A stretch of DNA of 64,000 bases from Bugula neritina (lineage: Eukaryota; Animalia; Bryozoa): assembly GCA_964035545.1 (NCBI GenBank), contig OZ037771.1, positions 8,239,408 through 8,303,407 on the forward strand, read 5' to 3'. Below are positions 1 through 14,200 of this stretch, in pieces. The translations under genes and the position numbers were made by a program. The notes beneath the pieces are model-generated. The model saw only the letters and a program-made list of their open reading frames with translations. It made no database searches and had not been told where the DNA came from. Numbering within the stretch: the first letter of the stretch is position 1; every line of letters starts with the position of its first letter.

Positions 1-2101
1 GCAAAAAAAGTTACGTAGAGGAATTTAACTCTTATTATATTGTAATTATCTTCCAAGATATATTACAACATCACTACTTGGATACATACAATGTCATATT
101 TATATTGGCATCAACATAATTTTCAATAATTTCCAATCTATTAACTTGAGCATTATGATTGTGATTATTTTATAAATAAGGCGATGATTAGGCACTGTTG
201 GTATTTTGGTTCAATTTATTTATAGCTGTAACAGGCAGAGTTGTAAATATAATGGATATATCAAAATTCCAATGGGTATAGTACTCTAACACAACATTGA
301 TACTAATAATTGTAGTCACTTACTCTTAGAGTTAGTGAATGATGATACAGTCATAACAATTTGAATATCAATCAGCATTAGAGATAGACTGACTGCTTTA
401 TAATATTATAGTTATTATGTCAAATTGAATTTATTCACTATAAATAAAAAAATTATGATTATAATTATAAATTAAAATAATTTAAATATTATATAATATA
501 TTGATAATTATTGGAATCATAATTATATTTATTGTTATGATCATTATGATTATAATTATTTAATGTTATCTTTATGTTTGTATTTAAAATTGTTCCTTAA
601 ATCTAAAGTTGTTTAAGTTTTTTTAAATTTATTATAATTATATTACTGTATAAGTATTGCTATTAGTATTAGTATAATTAAATTATTATAATTTATATTT
701 TATTATTTACATTTATTTTACTTTTTATTTTAAGACCAACAGTTCAAATTAATACTTGTGTCGTTTGCTCTATATTATAACTTACAAGTATAACTATTAA
801 CATAATAATATTAGATTTGCTGTTAGTATTACTATGAATATAAATATTTATGTTAATATAGCTAATGCTATCGGTATAACTTATACTTATAGTTATAACT
901 AATATTACAAGTATTAGTTTCGAAACTGATCCTGCTCCGTAACATTAACATACTGATACTGTCATATGATTATCATTATGACTAATAATGGTATTAATAA
1001 ATATAACCATTGGATATTATTAATAATAGTTCACCAATACTAATAGGCGATAGTCATAGACTTAGAGTGAGAGTCATAGACATAGACTAGTGATACTCAT
1101 ACTGATAAGTGATAGTGATACTGTGATTCACTGATTCAATTACAAATTTTAAAACTTGTTTTTACGTAGACAACTACTAACCTATAGTTCATCACAAAAC
1201 GGTTGAAAATCATCATTTACTGCATATTTAAGAGTGATTTTCTGGTAGTGTGGTCGACATGATAATTGAAATTAAAATAGGAAAAATAATTATTTTGTGA
1301 TTTACAGCAAGTTACAAACTAGCGAAATGGAATAGTCCATTTGAAAACAGTCAAATTAGTTACCTTTCTTGATGTTGCGTAGCTAACGTTAGTTATTAGT
1401 AGCCGCCCGAAGAGTAACATGCATGTGATTTGAGCTACGAATAACGAGAATCTGTGACAAACCCGCTTCTTAATAACTTTACGCGATATAAACTCACGCT
1501 ACAATAGGGCTATTTTGCCATCCCCACGTCAGAATAGGACACGGAGGGCAAGCTCGCGGGCAAGTCTGGGCAAGTCTAAGACACCTAATATGACCACTTT
1601 TACTTGCATTTTTGTAGTGTTTTCGTATAAGAAATTGGATAAAATGCTGATAAAACAGTTGAAAAGCATGCAAACTTTTGCTCAAATGTCATAAATAACC
1701 TGGATGCTTACGGCCTTTAATAAACGCCGCCACATCCCCGGTTTTGTCGCGACTGGTCACATATATATCTTCATATAAGACTATAACTTTATACATAATT
1801 ATTGTGTTAAGCTGATGTGCTTTTCAAATGCGGAGAACACCTGCATTATCTAGCGTCAAAACCATTGTAAAAATCTAAAAATCTTCTTTTGCCTCAAGCC
1901 GTGTTGGTAAGGTGGTGTGAAGGCAAAATAACGCAGAAGCGGTTTTGTCTGGGTGCCTTTCCCAGCGTCACCAGTGAGGGTTTGCATCATCAACCTAGCA
2001 GAGAGGGTACCATGCTAGACTGGCTTGTCTGTCGACTAGACCACACCTGCTCTATACTGTTGCAAATAATATGCTATACACGGTGTCTACGCGTATTTCA
2101 G

Positions 2102-5100
2102 GTGATGGATGCAATGAGATATGCCTCTCAATCCAGTATCACTAGTCTGAAGATCTCAATGTTTGTACCAGAAGGATTGCACTTGACAACCCAGCCAGAA
2201 GTTCTTCCAGATGTGCTCTTTGCTGAAGATACTCTGTCATTGCGTCTCATCATATCGGGACAGGTGAGAGCATATAATAAATATACAGGTGAGAGTATAT
2301 AATAAATATACAGGTGAGAGTATATAATAAATATACAGGTGAGAGTATATAATAAATATACAGGTGAGAGTATATAATAACTAGACAGGTGAGAGCATAT
2401 AATAAATATACAGGTGAGAGTATATAATAAATATACAGGTGAGAGCATATAATAAATATACAGGTGAGAGTATATAATAAATATACAGGTGAGAGTATAT
2501 AATAACTAGACAGGTGAAAGTATATAATAAATAGTTTGTACCTAGGTGAAACATTTTCTTCATATATTGTACATCTATATTGTAAAAAATACCAAAAAAC
2601 ACCCCTTTTCAGACAAGCAATTGCATATAATATTAACAATCTTAAATAACTTTTAAATACAATTGTATAGAACCATAAGTGATTTGAACCTGCTCTACAC
2701 TCATCATCAACCACATAGTTTTTGCATTAACTAACAATTAACATATACTGTGATAGTTTCGATTTTAAATCTGTTCATTGTTAGACATCAGTGGTTCCTA
2801 TTTTCCCAACAGCCGTACGACTCTCGGAAGACAAAGTGTCGTGTTGTGCTGACTGGGAGGTTGGATACTGAAGACATCGAGTACGTCAAGGAGTTTGATT
2901 TGAGACATGCCTTGGTAACTCATGGCTCTCCCCTGCACCAGTTAGCTATACAATCACACCTGCACAGTTTACTCACTGGTGAGTGACAACAGTTATTCTG
3001 TTCATCGTTTGACTAGAGTTAGAGTAACGGTGACCATACGGTCTACTACATTGAGTTTTAGTAAAAAAACTTTTGTCGAGATGTTATGCACTAAATATAC
3101 CAATATTCCAAATTAGTTAAAACCACTTTATGATAAGTAAGATTAGTGTTTTTATTGAGCTTTCTTAAGAATTACAAAATTTATTACTAATGCAACGTTG
3201 TTTACATATGCTTCAAGCCAAATTTTAAGTAATATTTTCGCACTTTTTACTGTAGTAAGACTAATGCTTGAAAATTTTAGCTTGTTTTCACAAACAATCT
3301 TTATACTGGTAATAACTTTGAACATATAAAAAAATTTAATGTTGCAAAATTGTAGCAATTACTTCAGTTATCGGCTGTCATTGAAAAATGCTAGCTTATT
3401 TAATGTGATGATAAACAATGGTAATGTTTTAGCAATACCATACACAATACTAAGGCGTAGTCAAAACAATGTTACTTTAGATACAAAGGCTTGCAACAGT
3501 GCTGAGGAAATATTAGAGATCAATGAAGAAATTTTAGATCTTAGCGCAACCTCAAATCTCGTATCTCGTCACACAAACCACGTCAGTGTTGACAGCCAAT
3601 CACGGCAGGTGTTGAACTCTCTACCCATAATTCTGTGCAGACCAGAAAACAATAGGACCCAATTTTCTTCAGTGGTGAGTAGAAATAAATTTCCATGTCA
3701 AGGTCATATAAGTTTTCTAATAAAATTTGAAGTGTCTAACAAAAGCATTTTAGTCCTAACTCTTGCTGTGAAACCAGAGATTATAGTATGTTTATAGACA
3801 GTGTCAAGCAGTGCAGTAAATTGTAAGTTACTTTCTTTAAATTGATCAATTCTTTTGCTGAGATAATGTTGAATTGCTTGGGATGTGCCAAATCTTTTTT
3901 TGTTCCTATAGATTGTGCAAATATATAAACTTTTTGAATACAATTCCATAATATTTAATCATAGATTCGAATCAAGTTTGCCGGCGTAAGTGTATTTCCT
4001 TTACTGTTTATCTTTTTGTTTACATAACGCACCCTTTCAACCTATCTCATTTTAACTTATAATTTGGTTGGACTGTGTGAGGTTTAGCATGCATGTTTCT
4101 CTCTTTATATAAATTAAACTTTTAATAATGTATTACATAACTTGTAAAATCTAAATAGTATTTGTGTGACTGAGAGAAATCTTAGTAACCTTCAATTTAT
4201 AATACATGTAGCTACTATGTCTTCTATATGAGCTACTCAGATGACTGGAACTGTCTATAAGATGCAAAGCTTATTACAATTTATTAGAATTTATTACTGC
4301 TTGAATCAACATTTTAAGCTATATAGATATTATAATTGTTGAATTCAAGTTTCCGTGGCAAAGAATCTGGCCTATGCTTAAAGTTGCCATGTTGCAAACT
4401 TTAACAATTCAAAATAAGTCTGCAATGATGAACCTATAACAATGTTTATTTTGAGTTACATGATGGATATAATCCAGAATCCACTTTTTATCAACTTTTA
4501 ACATAAAACTAACACCATAATAAAATATCTAAATAATAATCCACCTAAAATATGTTGGATTTCACTACCTAAAATGTGTTGGATTTCACAACGTAAAAAG
4601 TGTTGGATTTTAAATGTCATTCAATATATTTTGTTTACATTTTTGCTTAAAATGTTTTTGTTATAATCATACATTGCAAAATCTAATTGAATTTATGAAA
4701 ATATGCAGCATAACAATATTTTGCTGATCTTTGCACATGGCAATTCTCCCGACATTTATGCAATATATATTTTATTAAAACAAACAATACAATGCATAGT
4801 TTCAAATCTTTGTTAAATATGTGGGTTGTTGCAGGCCTGTGGTGATTGATCAGTGTTTATAAATCTACAGCTTTCATATTAATAGACGTATACTGTAGTT
4901 ATATGTTAACAGGGAGCAAACATCTTCTGTTCAAACCATGCTATCTTGACGCCTCTGTATAAATAGACTTAGTTATATGTTAACAGGGAATAGATATCTT
5001 CCGCTCCAATCAGGCTATGTTGAGGTCTCTAGTGTCTGCCTATGCTACTCGTAATCAAGACAGATCCACACCAGCCAGACTCCCAGTGCAGTTACCTGTC

Positions 5101-7480
5101 ATAGGTTCCTTACCAATCAGCCAATCTACACGTCATAGAACTCGGAATGCTAGGTCTGTTACTCATCTACAAACACACAAACACATCTAAAGTTAAAATA
5201 TCAACTTCTATTTTGAGAACCAAAGCTTATCTCAAATTATATTTCAACTATAGGCATATGCAATACCAGAAATTTTTGAATGATGGAGATTGTGTGATTA
5301 AAAAGGTTTACATAAATACTGGTCTTATTTATTTACCATACAAATAAAATAAATGCAGGTCACTGTTCGCCCACAAGCTAGTGTTTACATTTCATGTGTT
5401 TCAAACTACTTTTCTTTTCTTTCATTTAACAACTGATGCAATTTTCTTTCGTGTTTTCAGCATGATAAAAGTAAGCACCAACTGACCCTGCCTCAATGTG
5501 TAGATTAGTGTTGGTAGCCTAGCAGCTTTGGTACTGACTTTGGACGTTATTGAACTGGTTGAATCAGTAATAAGCTGTACCAAACTTTACAAACAAAAAC
5601 CTGAATAAAGTGTACCCAGAATATGAAGAGTTTGAAAAATTACTTCTGATTCACACAGCTATGAGTCAAAATTTATTTTTGGAACATTGATCATGACTCT
5701 TTGCTTATTCTATCAATAATGCATCACTAGGCCTAATTGGTATCTCCTTTAGAAATCCTTGATAAACAGCTGTTGATTATAAATAGTAGGATCTCAAATA
5801 GAAGAGATGTGATGGATGGTCACAGGTCGTCAGTGGACCGAATACTAGATCAGGTAGGAGGAGTGAGATTGGCTGAACCAGATACAGACTCCTTACAGTC
5901 CTCTCTTATCAATACAGAGATGGACAGCATGAGTTACGGCAGATACGAAGAAGAGTCGCTCCCCCCTGAACTCTTCAACATAATTGAGGAATACCCGGAC
6001 AAGGGAAGAGGTTAGTGACAATGATATATCTTGTCTGTATAGGACGCGTCTGAGATATTCTCACAGCTCTACATACCTGCAATAAAATGGTGTTTCAATG
6101 ATGGACTAAACATGTTATTTTCTTACAAGTTGCTCTTTTCTCTGCTCTCAGCTATATAGACAGCCGTAAGTTGTGTCATACTGTTATATTCATACAATGA
6201 GTATAGTATATAGTTCTAGTTCTGATACTCCTTTTGCTGTAGGATCTGGATTTGACATATGCTCTACACATGAGTTACAAAGACCCAATGGTAAGAAGTT
6301 GTATCCCATTGTTTTATATCCTACTTACAATAACAACTCTTTACAGTAAGTACCATGTTATGTGTGCTACAATACACTTTAACTAATTATAAGTCAATGC
6401 GGGATGACTCTGATTTTAGATTTACTGGATATGTTGCAAAACGAGAGAACCCACGTAAAGCTGGACAACACTTCGCCTGGTAAATTAGTGTCTACCAGTG
6501 ATTACTATAGTATGGAGGTGTCTCCTGTCTCTGATACAGTGTCCATCAGTAGAAACACCAGCAGAGACAGTAGAAGTATTTGGTGCCGGCAAGACAGACC
6601 TAGCTGTGCCAGGAGGTTAGGAAACAGCAGAGATTGGTCAGACTCTTCCGGCATTGAGACAAACTCTACATGCCAGTACTTTGCCAGCTCCTCTGGTTCC
6701 AGTCTCAAACACACATCTCCAGACTCAGAACCTCAATATTCTAGTCTTTGGAAGCAGTTTAGAGCTGGTAAAAGAATTAACCTATCAGGCATGGATCTAG
6801 ATGACTGCTGCAGTGATACGCCTACTGATGAGTTACTAAGTTTTGACCCAATTGTTGGAGGTGTTCCACTTTCAGCAGCTACTCCTCAAGCTATCGCAGC
6901 ACATATTCTAGATCCTCAGCATTTGACAAGTTCAGTTCAACGCCATCAGTATGCTAACCCACCAGAGCTGAGTTCATATGCTGTTACTGAGCAACTACCT
7001 GCCATGTCCATCTCTCGTCAAACTGCGTGTCCAGAAGGTGCAAGGCTATTTCATGTCGCAAGCAAAGCTGCACCATCAAAGCTAAAATACAAACACTATA
7101 AACCGTTGAGTATTAGAACCAACTTTGACTTACCACCTGTTCACAATAACTCTCACCCACACCCTGTCACTAATGACTCACCCTCATTTCGTGTCACTAG
7201 CAACTCTCACTCCTTTCCTGTTGACAAATCACCTGCGCATTCCACACAAGTTCCAAAGAACTTCAACAGCACAGAATGTAACACCACCATGCAGCCTATT
7301 CGAATGATGGATGAAGACACTAGCAGTGAGAACTTGTCTGATGTTATCAGGAACTACTGTAAAGAGGCAAACAGGTGCTCGCCTGTGGTCAAACAAGCAT
7401 CTCCGCAAGCAAAACCTTTAAAAGGTTGGCAGCAAACATTGAGAAGCAAATTTAAAAAGCTTAAAAACTTTTTTAAATGA
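2102..7480 (+). CDS. 5'-partial VWA5-like (VIT/vWA family) protein, C-terminal region plus long Ser/Pro-rich tail; exons 2102-2263, 2813-2978, 3481-3674, 4987-5153, 5790-6010, 6243-6290, 6420-7480
   Basis: GT-AG exons join in consistent phase (2019 nt, stop TGA at 7478-7480). Peptides VMDAMRYASQSSITSLKISMFVPEGLHLTTQPEVLPDVLFAED, LHQLAIQSHL and EILDLSATSNLVSRHTNHVSVDSQSRQVL resemble, from my recollection of the family, the post-vWA segments of VWA5A/B proteins. VIT and vWA domain exons are not seen in the window. Confidence 0.55.
2261..2533 (+). repeat. 25-bp minisatellite (CAGGTGAGAGTATATAATAAATATA, ~11 copies) starting at a splice donor
   Basis: CAGGTGA recurs every 25 bp from 2261 to 2511; the first copy is the real exon/intron junction CAG|GTGAG. 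Confidence 0.95.
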
Positions 7481-7797
7481 TATTTTTACAACTTTTTTTT
7501 GATTTATGTGTACAACTACAGGAGTTTGATAAGTATAGAACCTTTAATGTAAATTTTTTTGCTAAGATTGTGAATATATGATGTACAAATATTATATACA
7601 TATATATGTATATTTTGCAAACTTAAAGCTGAAAAAATATGTATTTTTCAGTGTTTTGAGTTAATTTTAAACAATTAAGAAGTTCTATATCAAAATAATA
7701 ATAGTTGTTTAAAATAAACTAATTATCGTTTCGTACACTTATTTTTGCGAATATCAATTCAATCTAATTATAGGCACGTGCATGGGGGCGTGCTCGC

Positions 7798-7843
7798 ACT
7801 CACACACACACACACGCGCGCGCACACGCACGAGCACACACAC
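7798..7843. repeat. (CA)n/(CG)n microsatellite
   Basis: cacacacacacacacgcgcgcgcacacgcacgagcacacacac. Confidence 0.85.
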
Positions 7844-8139
7844 TATACTGTAGATTGGATGACTTCTTGGAATATCAGAAAAAATACAAATTGACTCAGC
7901 AGACAGCCCTATTAGGATCAGCTTGCATCTTTAGAAAATTCCTATCCATTCCAGCCTTGTAGAACTAGGTCGATGGTAGAAGATAACACCAAAAAACGCT
8001 AGGATGCAGGTTAAAATAATAATAGCAACATATGATGAGTATGGGGAAAACATTGAAGGAACCTCATTTAATTCGGGGGAGACAATTTTAGCATTATAGA
8101 TGACTTGGAATGACTTTAGAAAATGTAAGTAAGCCGTAC

Positions 8140-8158
8140 CACGTGACATTCACATGAC
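8140..8158. promoter_or_regulatory. Tandem CLEAR/M-box-like E-boxes (CACGTGAC; TCACATGAC) upstream of the cathepsin gene
   Basis: Two MiT/TFE-type E-boxes lie ~110-125 bp upstream of the cathepsin ATG (8265). These match the TFEB/MITF motifs known in lysosomal gene promoters; function is inferred. Confidence 0.45.
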
Positions 8159-8264
8159 CACTACCTTGTTTTTTTTTCTAAGTAAATTGAATGGGACTTT
8201 TCAAATTCAGTTTGGTGAGATATTAGTCTGTTGCTAGATCTCCCAGCACGACATCATCGCTAAA

Positions 8265-11200
8265 ATGTCTTCACCGTGGCTGTCAGTATTTGTATTTATC
8301 ACTATCACCTTATGTGCATGTTCTGCAAAACATGACAAACCTCCTAAATGGCCTCAATCTTATCAAGTATCGGGAACGCTTAGGTAAGTCCAACTCCATG
8401 TTTGAATTTTAGAATTAGTTCAAGCATAAGACTTAAACTAAGTTCAATAAAGTTGCTGTTCGACTTCAACGACAGTTTGAGTTTGAATTTCAATTCTAAT
8501 CATTAGACTTAATCTAAGAGTAAGACTAATTACTTACAGTTACACTGTGAACTATGAGTATGACAATTGATTTTTTTGTTTTAAATGTGCAACTGAAAGT
8601 GAAACTGAAAGTGTTACAATAAATATAATAATTGGTATATTTATAAATTATTTATAATATTGCTAATAGTAGTAGTAATACTAATACTAATAGTAATAAT
8701 AATACTATTAGTAAAGTATTAGTAATAATTATACTTTCATAATAATATAATTAATTGTAATAATGTTGATAATATACTTATAGTAAAACTAAATGTAACA
8801 GATCACAAACACTATAATTTAAATTAGCTACAAACACTATAATTTAAATTAGAATAACTTGTAATTGTAACAGTTTGATTATAATACAAATTACTATAAG
8901 TTTAAGTTCAAGTATAACCAAGTCTAGTTTATCAAGTTATGTAGATGCTGACTACAAATATAATGGATATATTAATCACAATAACAGTCATAATCATTCC
9001 ATTAGTCATACTTATCCTCATATACCTAGCACTATTAAACCATTATTATTATTTTATTATTATTGTATCAATGTATAATTTAATTCAATCGCATAATTTT
9101 CATACTACCAGTATGCGTACAGAGTCTCTCTCTCTCAACAAAAAGTTTTGTTTTATTCAACCTGATGCAAAGCTATATGAAATTGCATTAAACATTTTAA
9201 AATTGAACTTTAGTTTACCTTATGCTGAATTGAAAGAGCCATTTGAAGCATATTATGATGGAAAGAAAACGCGTTCTCGTTTGGACTTCTATGGTGGCAC
9301 TGTCCAGAATTACTTAAGAGGAGATGTTGGCACGTATGGAACTTCTTATAAATTGGCTTACATGACAAATCAGACTCACTACAATGTAAGAGGATGCTTC
9401 ATGACTGAAGGTAACAAAACCAACTGAAACTCACCAAACAGCTGTTTGAATATTTAGATACTGGTGTTTTTACTCTTTTACTCTCTGATTTCCGGAAATG
9501 TCTATTTTAGTAAGCTAGTTTACTTTATTGTAAATTAAAACTGCTTTAGCTATATTTTCCTTGTTATAATACAGGAACTAAAGATGCTACGATAACGCCA
9601 CAGAGTGTTCTGCCAAACCTGACCAGCTTTGAGCTAGTTGGCTCTCCATTTGTTATGAATGGCAAGAATGTGACTATGTGGTACTATGAGGAGACTCATG
9701 GTACAAAGAAGAGTAAATACACCATGTATCTTTCAACTGATGACTCATCACCTGTCAGGTATGTCACCTCATGACTTGTCACCTGTCAGATGTGTCAGCT
9801 CATGACTCATCACCTGCCAGGTATGTCACCTCATGACTCGTCATCTGTCGGGCATGTCACCTTGTGACTTATCACCTGTCAGGTATGGCACCTTGTGACT
9901 TATCACCTGTCAGGTATGGCACCTTGTGACTTATCACCTGTCAGGTATGGCACCTTGTGACTTATCACCTGTCAGGTATGGCACCTTGTGACTTATCACC
10001 TGTCAGGTATGTCAACTCATGACTCGTCAACTGTCAGGCATGTCACCTCATGACTCGTCACCTGTCAGGCATGTCAACTCATGACTCACCTAGTGCCTAT
10101 CTATTCAGTACAACGTGTACCAGCTGCTACTTTCAAAGTTATTTGAGTTGCCTAAGTGACTGTGAAGTGTGCATAATGTTGACTTGTTTTCTACCAGGTT
10201 TTTGCTGTGCAGCAAAATATTGTGATCTTATAAGTTCTGCATATCATAACTTGTGCGATACCAGGGATGCAGTAATTGCCTTGAAGCTAGCAGCTATCAG
10301 TTGTGTTGCAAGTTTTGTGCACCCAGTTTGTATGCTCTGCGCTCCTTGCTGACACACCCCCTCCTTATCACACTTAATCTACTAGATTACTTTTCTATCA
10401 AGTGTGCAGTCACGTGTTTAATAGTTGTTGATTGACTTTAGGTCACAGTGAAATGCCTTTCAATGTAATATCAAATCATGTGACACTCATGTGAAAGGGA
10501 TTAGCATACCACCCATCAACTGACCTTGTACACTGTACACCATCTTATGATGTGCTAGATGAAATGCTACACATGTATTGGTCAATTCATACACTGCATT
10601 GGGAAGATAATTCCTGTCATATCTGTGCTTCATGTTGTTTATTTAATATGTTGATTAACAAAATATAAGTTCTAATATAATATTTATTATATAGCATCCC
10701 AGTCAATTTGTTTTCTATATATATATGAATTCAGACTTGTTGCTTAAGAAGTTGTCTTTACTTTTTAAATTCAATAATGGTTTGCAAAAAGGTGACTCAC
10801 AAGTTATTAACTAGTATAAGTTGTGTATTTAAATCAAATATTAATACAGGCTGTGAATGTGTTAAAACATAAAGTGTATTCTATATATGTTCAATGCATT
10901 CTGCCATGTGAAGTGTATTCTGCAGGTATCAAGTGTATTCTGTAAATATGAAGTGTATTCTACAGATATGAGGTGTATTCTACAGATATGAGGTGTATTC
11001 TGCAGATGTGAGGTGTATTTAGCAGATGTGAGGTGTATTTTGCAAGTATGAGGTGTATTCTGCAGATGTGAGGTGTATTCTGCAGATGTGAGGTGTATTT
11101 TGCAGATGTGAGGTGTATTCTGTAGGTATCAAGTGTATTCTGCAGATGTGAAGTGTATTTTGCAGGTATGAAATGTATGGGTATGACAGTCTGCTGGGCT

Positions 11201-14200
11201 CCCACTTTGACAAATACTATGTCGACTATTCAGACTACCAGGCCGGCTCTGTGCCTGACAAAATATTCTCTGTACCTGACAACAACACCTGCGGTGGGTT
11301 TCCCGGGCCAGGAGATGCTGAGTCCCGAGTGGTCCACAATCCCTTCAGGTAGCGTTCAGCTCTATTTCCTGTATAGTGCGCTACTCTGTTCAATGTCACT
11401 AGAATGTTTAGTTCTTATCTACTATAACATACACACTCAGTGCAGCTGTAGACACGTAGCAATATAACTTAGTGTGGTAAAACACGTGTTGCAGAGAGTT
11501 CATTGATAAAGACGATTCTCATCATAAGGAAATGTTTACCAAGTTCAAGAAGTTCCACAAGAAGGAGTATGGCAGTGATAAGGAGCATGCTCACAGGTCA
11601 GGGTTTCTCTATACTCGTAGACATGTTATGTACGTGTCTATGTGGTGTGCCTGTTGGTGTCCCAGTGTAGAGCACCTGTTGGTGTCACATTGTAGAACAC
11701 CTGTTGGTGTCACAGTGTGGTAACAATGATTTTGTGTTGTAGAGAGTCCAACTTCAAGCACAATGTTAGATACATTCACTCGAAGAACCGTTCCCCAATC
11801 ACCTACAGGATGGCTGTCAACCACCTGACTGATATGTCGCATGCTGAGCTCAAGATGAGGAATGGCAGACGATATAGTGGAGTACCCAACAGTGGCAAAC
11901 CTTTTGATAAGAGTACGGCCACACCCAAGGTAGGAAAACTATATATTACTGTGTCCCTTAGTCTACGTCACATGATCTATGTATATACTAACCAGGTAGA
12001 TTTACTTCTCATGGGTCGTTCCTGTTTCACGAGTAGTTAAGGTCACATGCAGCGAAATTCCACTTATGAAACTGTATGTGGTAGAAATTCACTGAGAGTT
12101 ACCTGTTGCATACAGCACTTGTACGTAGCTAGTAGCAGCGAAACTTGATTAACCAATTCTATTTGCCAATAGCTTTGCTGCCCATGTTTGAAATTATTTC
12201 ATTCTAAAATTTCATTCCCTATTCGTAATAATGCGCAATTGATTAAAATAAAAGCGTAAAACTGAAGTGAGAAAAATGGGGTTGTTAAATAATGCTCAAA
12301 CAGTTGAATCACATTTGACAGTATTAGTCCAGCATTTTGACTGCATGGAATTCACACTAAGCAGCTTCATTCTGCTGTCTGCAAAGTTGTCGCAAGCGGT
12401 GTTTGTGTAAATCTGTGTCATGTAGCAGAACCTTTAGACTACACAAGTTGTTTCCCTTGAATACCTGACACCAGCCAGTTCACGGGTTGTTTCACGTCAT
12501 ATTTTAATATTGTTGCAAGTTGTATATGCTTTCTACTAGCTAATAAGGTTGTCACTGCCTGCTGGTGATCAACATCTTCTGCTAGTGAGACTTTGTTATG
12601 AGCCTGCAATGAGTAACCCCCTATTCACACTTACCGTATCGTACGCCGTAGCAGTAAATATCAGCCATTTTTACAAATGTCTGAGCTTCCTGTACGGTGT
12701 TGCGGTACGGTAAAATCAAGCACTGCTTGATTGGACAGAAAAACTTTTGCGTTAGTTCATTGGATATAATTGTCCAATGAAGTGTCATAGATCGTACCTA
12801 ATAGCGGACTTTGAAAACTTCAGCCCCGGCACATTAAAAATGGCTGATATTTGCTGTTACGGCGTACGATACGGTAAGTGTGAATAGGGGGTAAAGGAAG
12901 CTGAGGATTGCAGAAATTATGTTGTGATACTAACACTATGCTGTAGTACTAACACTATGCTGTAGTACTAACACTATGTTGTAGTACTAACACTATGATG
13001 TAGTACTAACACTATGCTGTAGTACTAACACTATGCTGTAGTACTAACACTATGTTGTAGTACTAACACTATGTTGTGGTACTAACACTATGTTGTAGTA
13101 CTAACACTATGATGTAGTACTAACACTATGCTGTAGTACTAACACTATGCTGTAGTACTAACACTATGTTGTAGTACTAACACTATGATGTAGTACTAAC
13201 ACTATGTTGTAGTACTAACACTATGATGTAATACTAACACTATGCTGTAGTACTAACACTATGATGTAGTACTAACACTATGTTGTAGTACTAACACTAT
13301 GATGTAGTACTAACACTATGATGTAGTACTAACACTATGATGTAGTACTAACGCTATGATGTAGTACTAACACTATGTTGTAGTACTAACACTATGATGT
13401 AGTACTAACACTATGATGTAATACTAACACTATGCTGTAGTACTAACACTATGATGTAGTACTAACACTATGTTGTGGTACTAACACTATGATGTAGAAC
13501 TAACACTATGTTGGCTGTGTGTTTCTAGGCTCAGTTACCTGACCTATTTGACTGGAGGCTGTACGGTGCTGTGACGCCAGTCAAAGACCAAGCTGTCTGC
13601 GGATCTTGTTGGAGCTTCGGAACTACTGGCACTATTGAAGGTATATTTGTGTGTTGAGTTGTGGTGGTCACACAGTAGCAGTCATGTGCTGGGGTAGCAG
13701 CTGTACTGATTAATATCCATGACAGACATTTATAGTAAGAGTCAAAAATAGTTCGCTGGTTGATTATTCTAAGTGGATGAATTTCCAGGATGTAGTGATA
13801 TGCTGCACTATCATGGAGTGTTCACTGTTTAACTCGTGTCTTTTATTATTATATGGCACACTGTTTGTATGTGGCCATAAAAGATGGAGTTAGTATGTAT
13901 TATTTTATGTGGCATGTCGCAAATTTCCCCATTTCTTTTCAGTGGTATTTGTAACGTTATCTGACAAACCCAGCTAGCAGTCTGAAATTTGTTTTACTCT
14001 TGAAACAAGGAGGGCTGGTGGTGCGTAGTCTAGAACTCAGTCTGACTGGTCTAGAACACGCGACTGCCGAAGATTCTTCTCCTAACTGACATGACAGCTA
14101 AGATCAGCATGTACTAAGAACTGTGTACATGATTTCACTACATATGAACTGGTTGCAGGGGCCTACTTCAAGATGACTGGTAAACGAGTCAGACTCTCTC

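Noticed and set aside
2128-2714. Minus-strand hydrophobic repeat ORFs
   Set aside because: Translation of the 25-bp donor-site minisatellite.
6152-6165. 14-nt microexon (CAG|CTATATAGACAGCC|GTAAG)
   Set aside because: Good splice signals, but it introduces a stop in the required phase, and the gene splices in frame without it.
12928-13512. Regular repeat arrays as CRISPR
   Set aside because: Head-to-tail tandem units with no unique spacers, no cas genes, and a eukaryotic intron context; the same applies to all arrays here.
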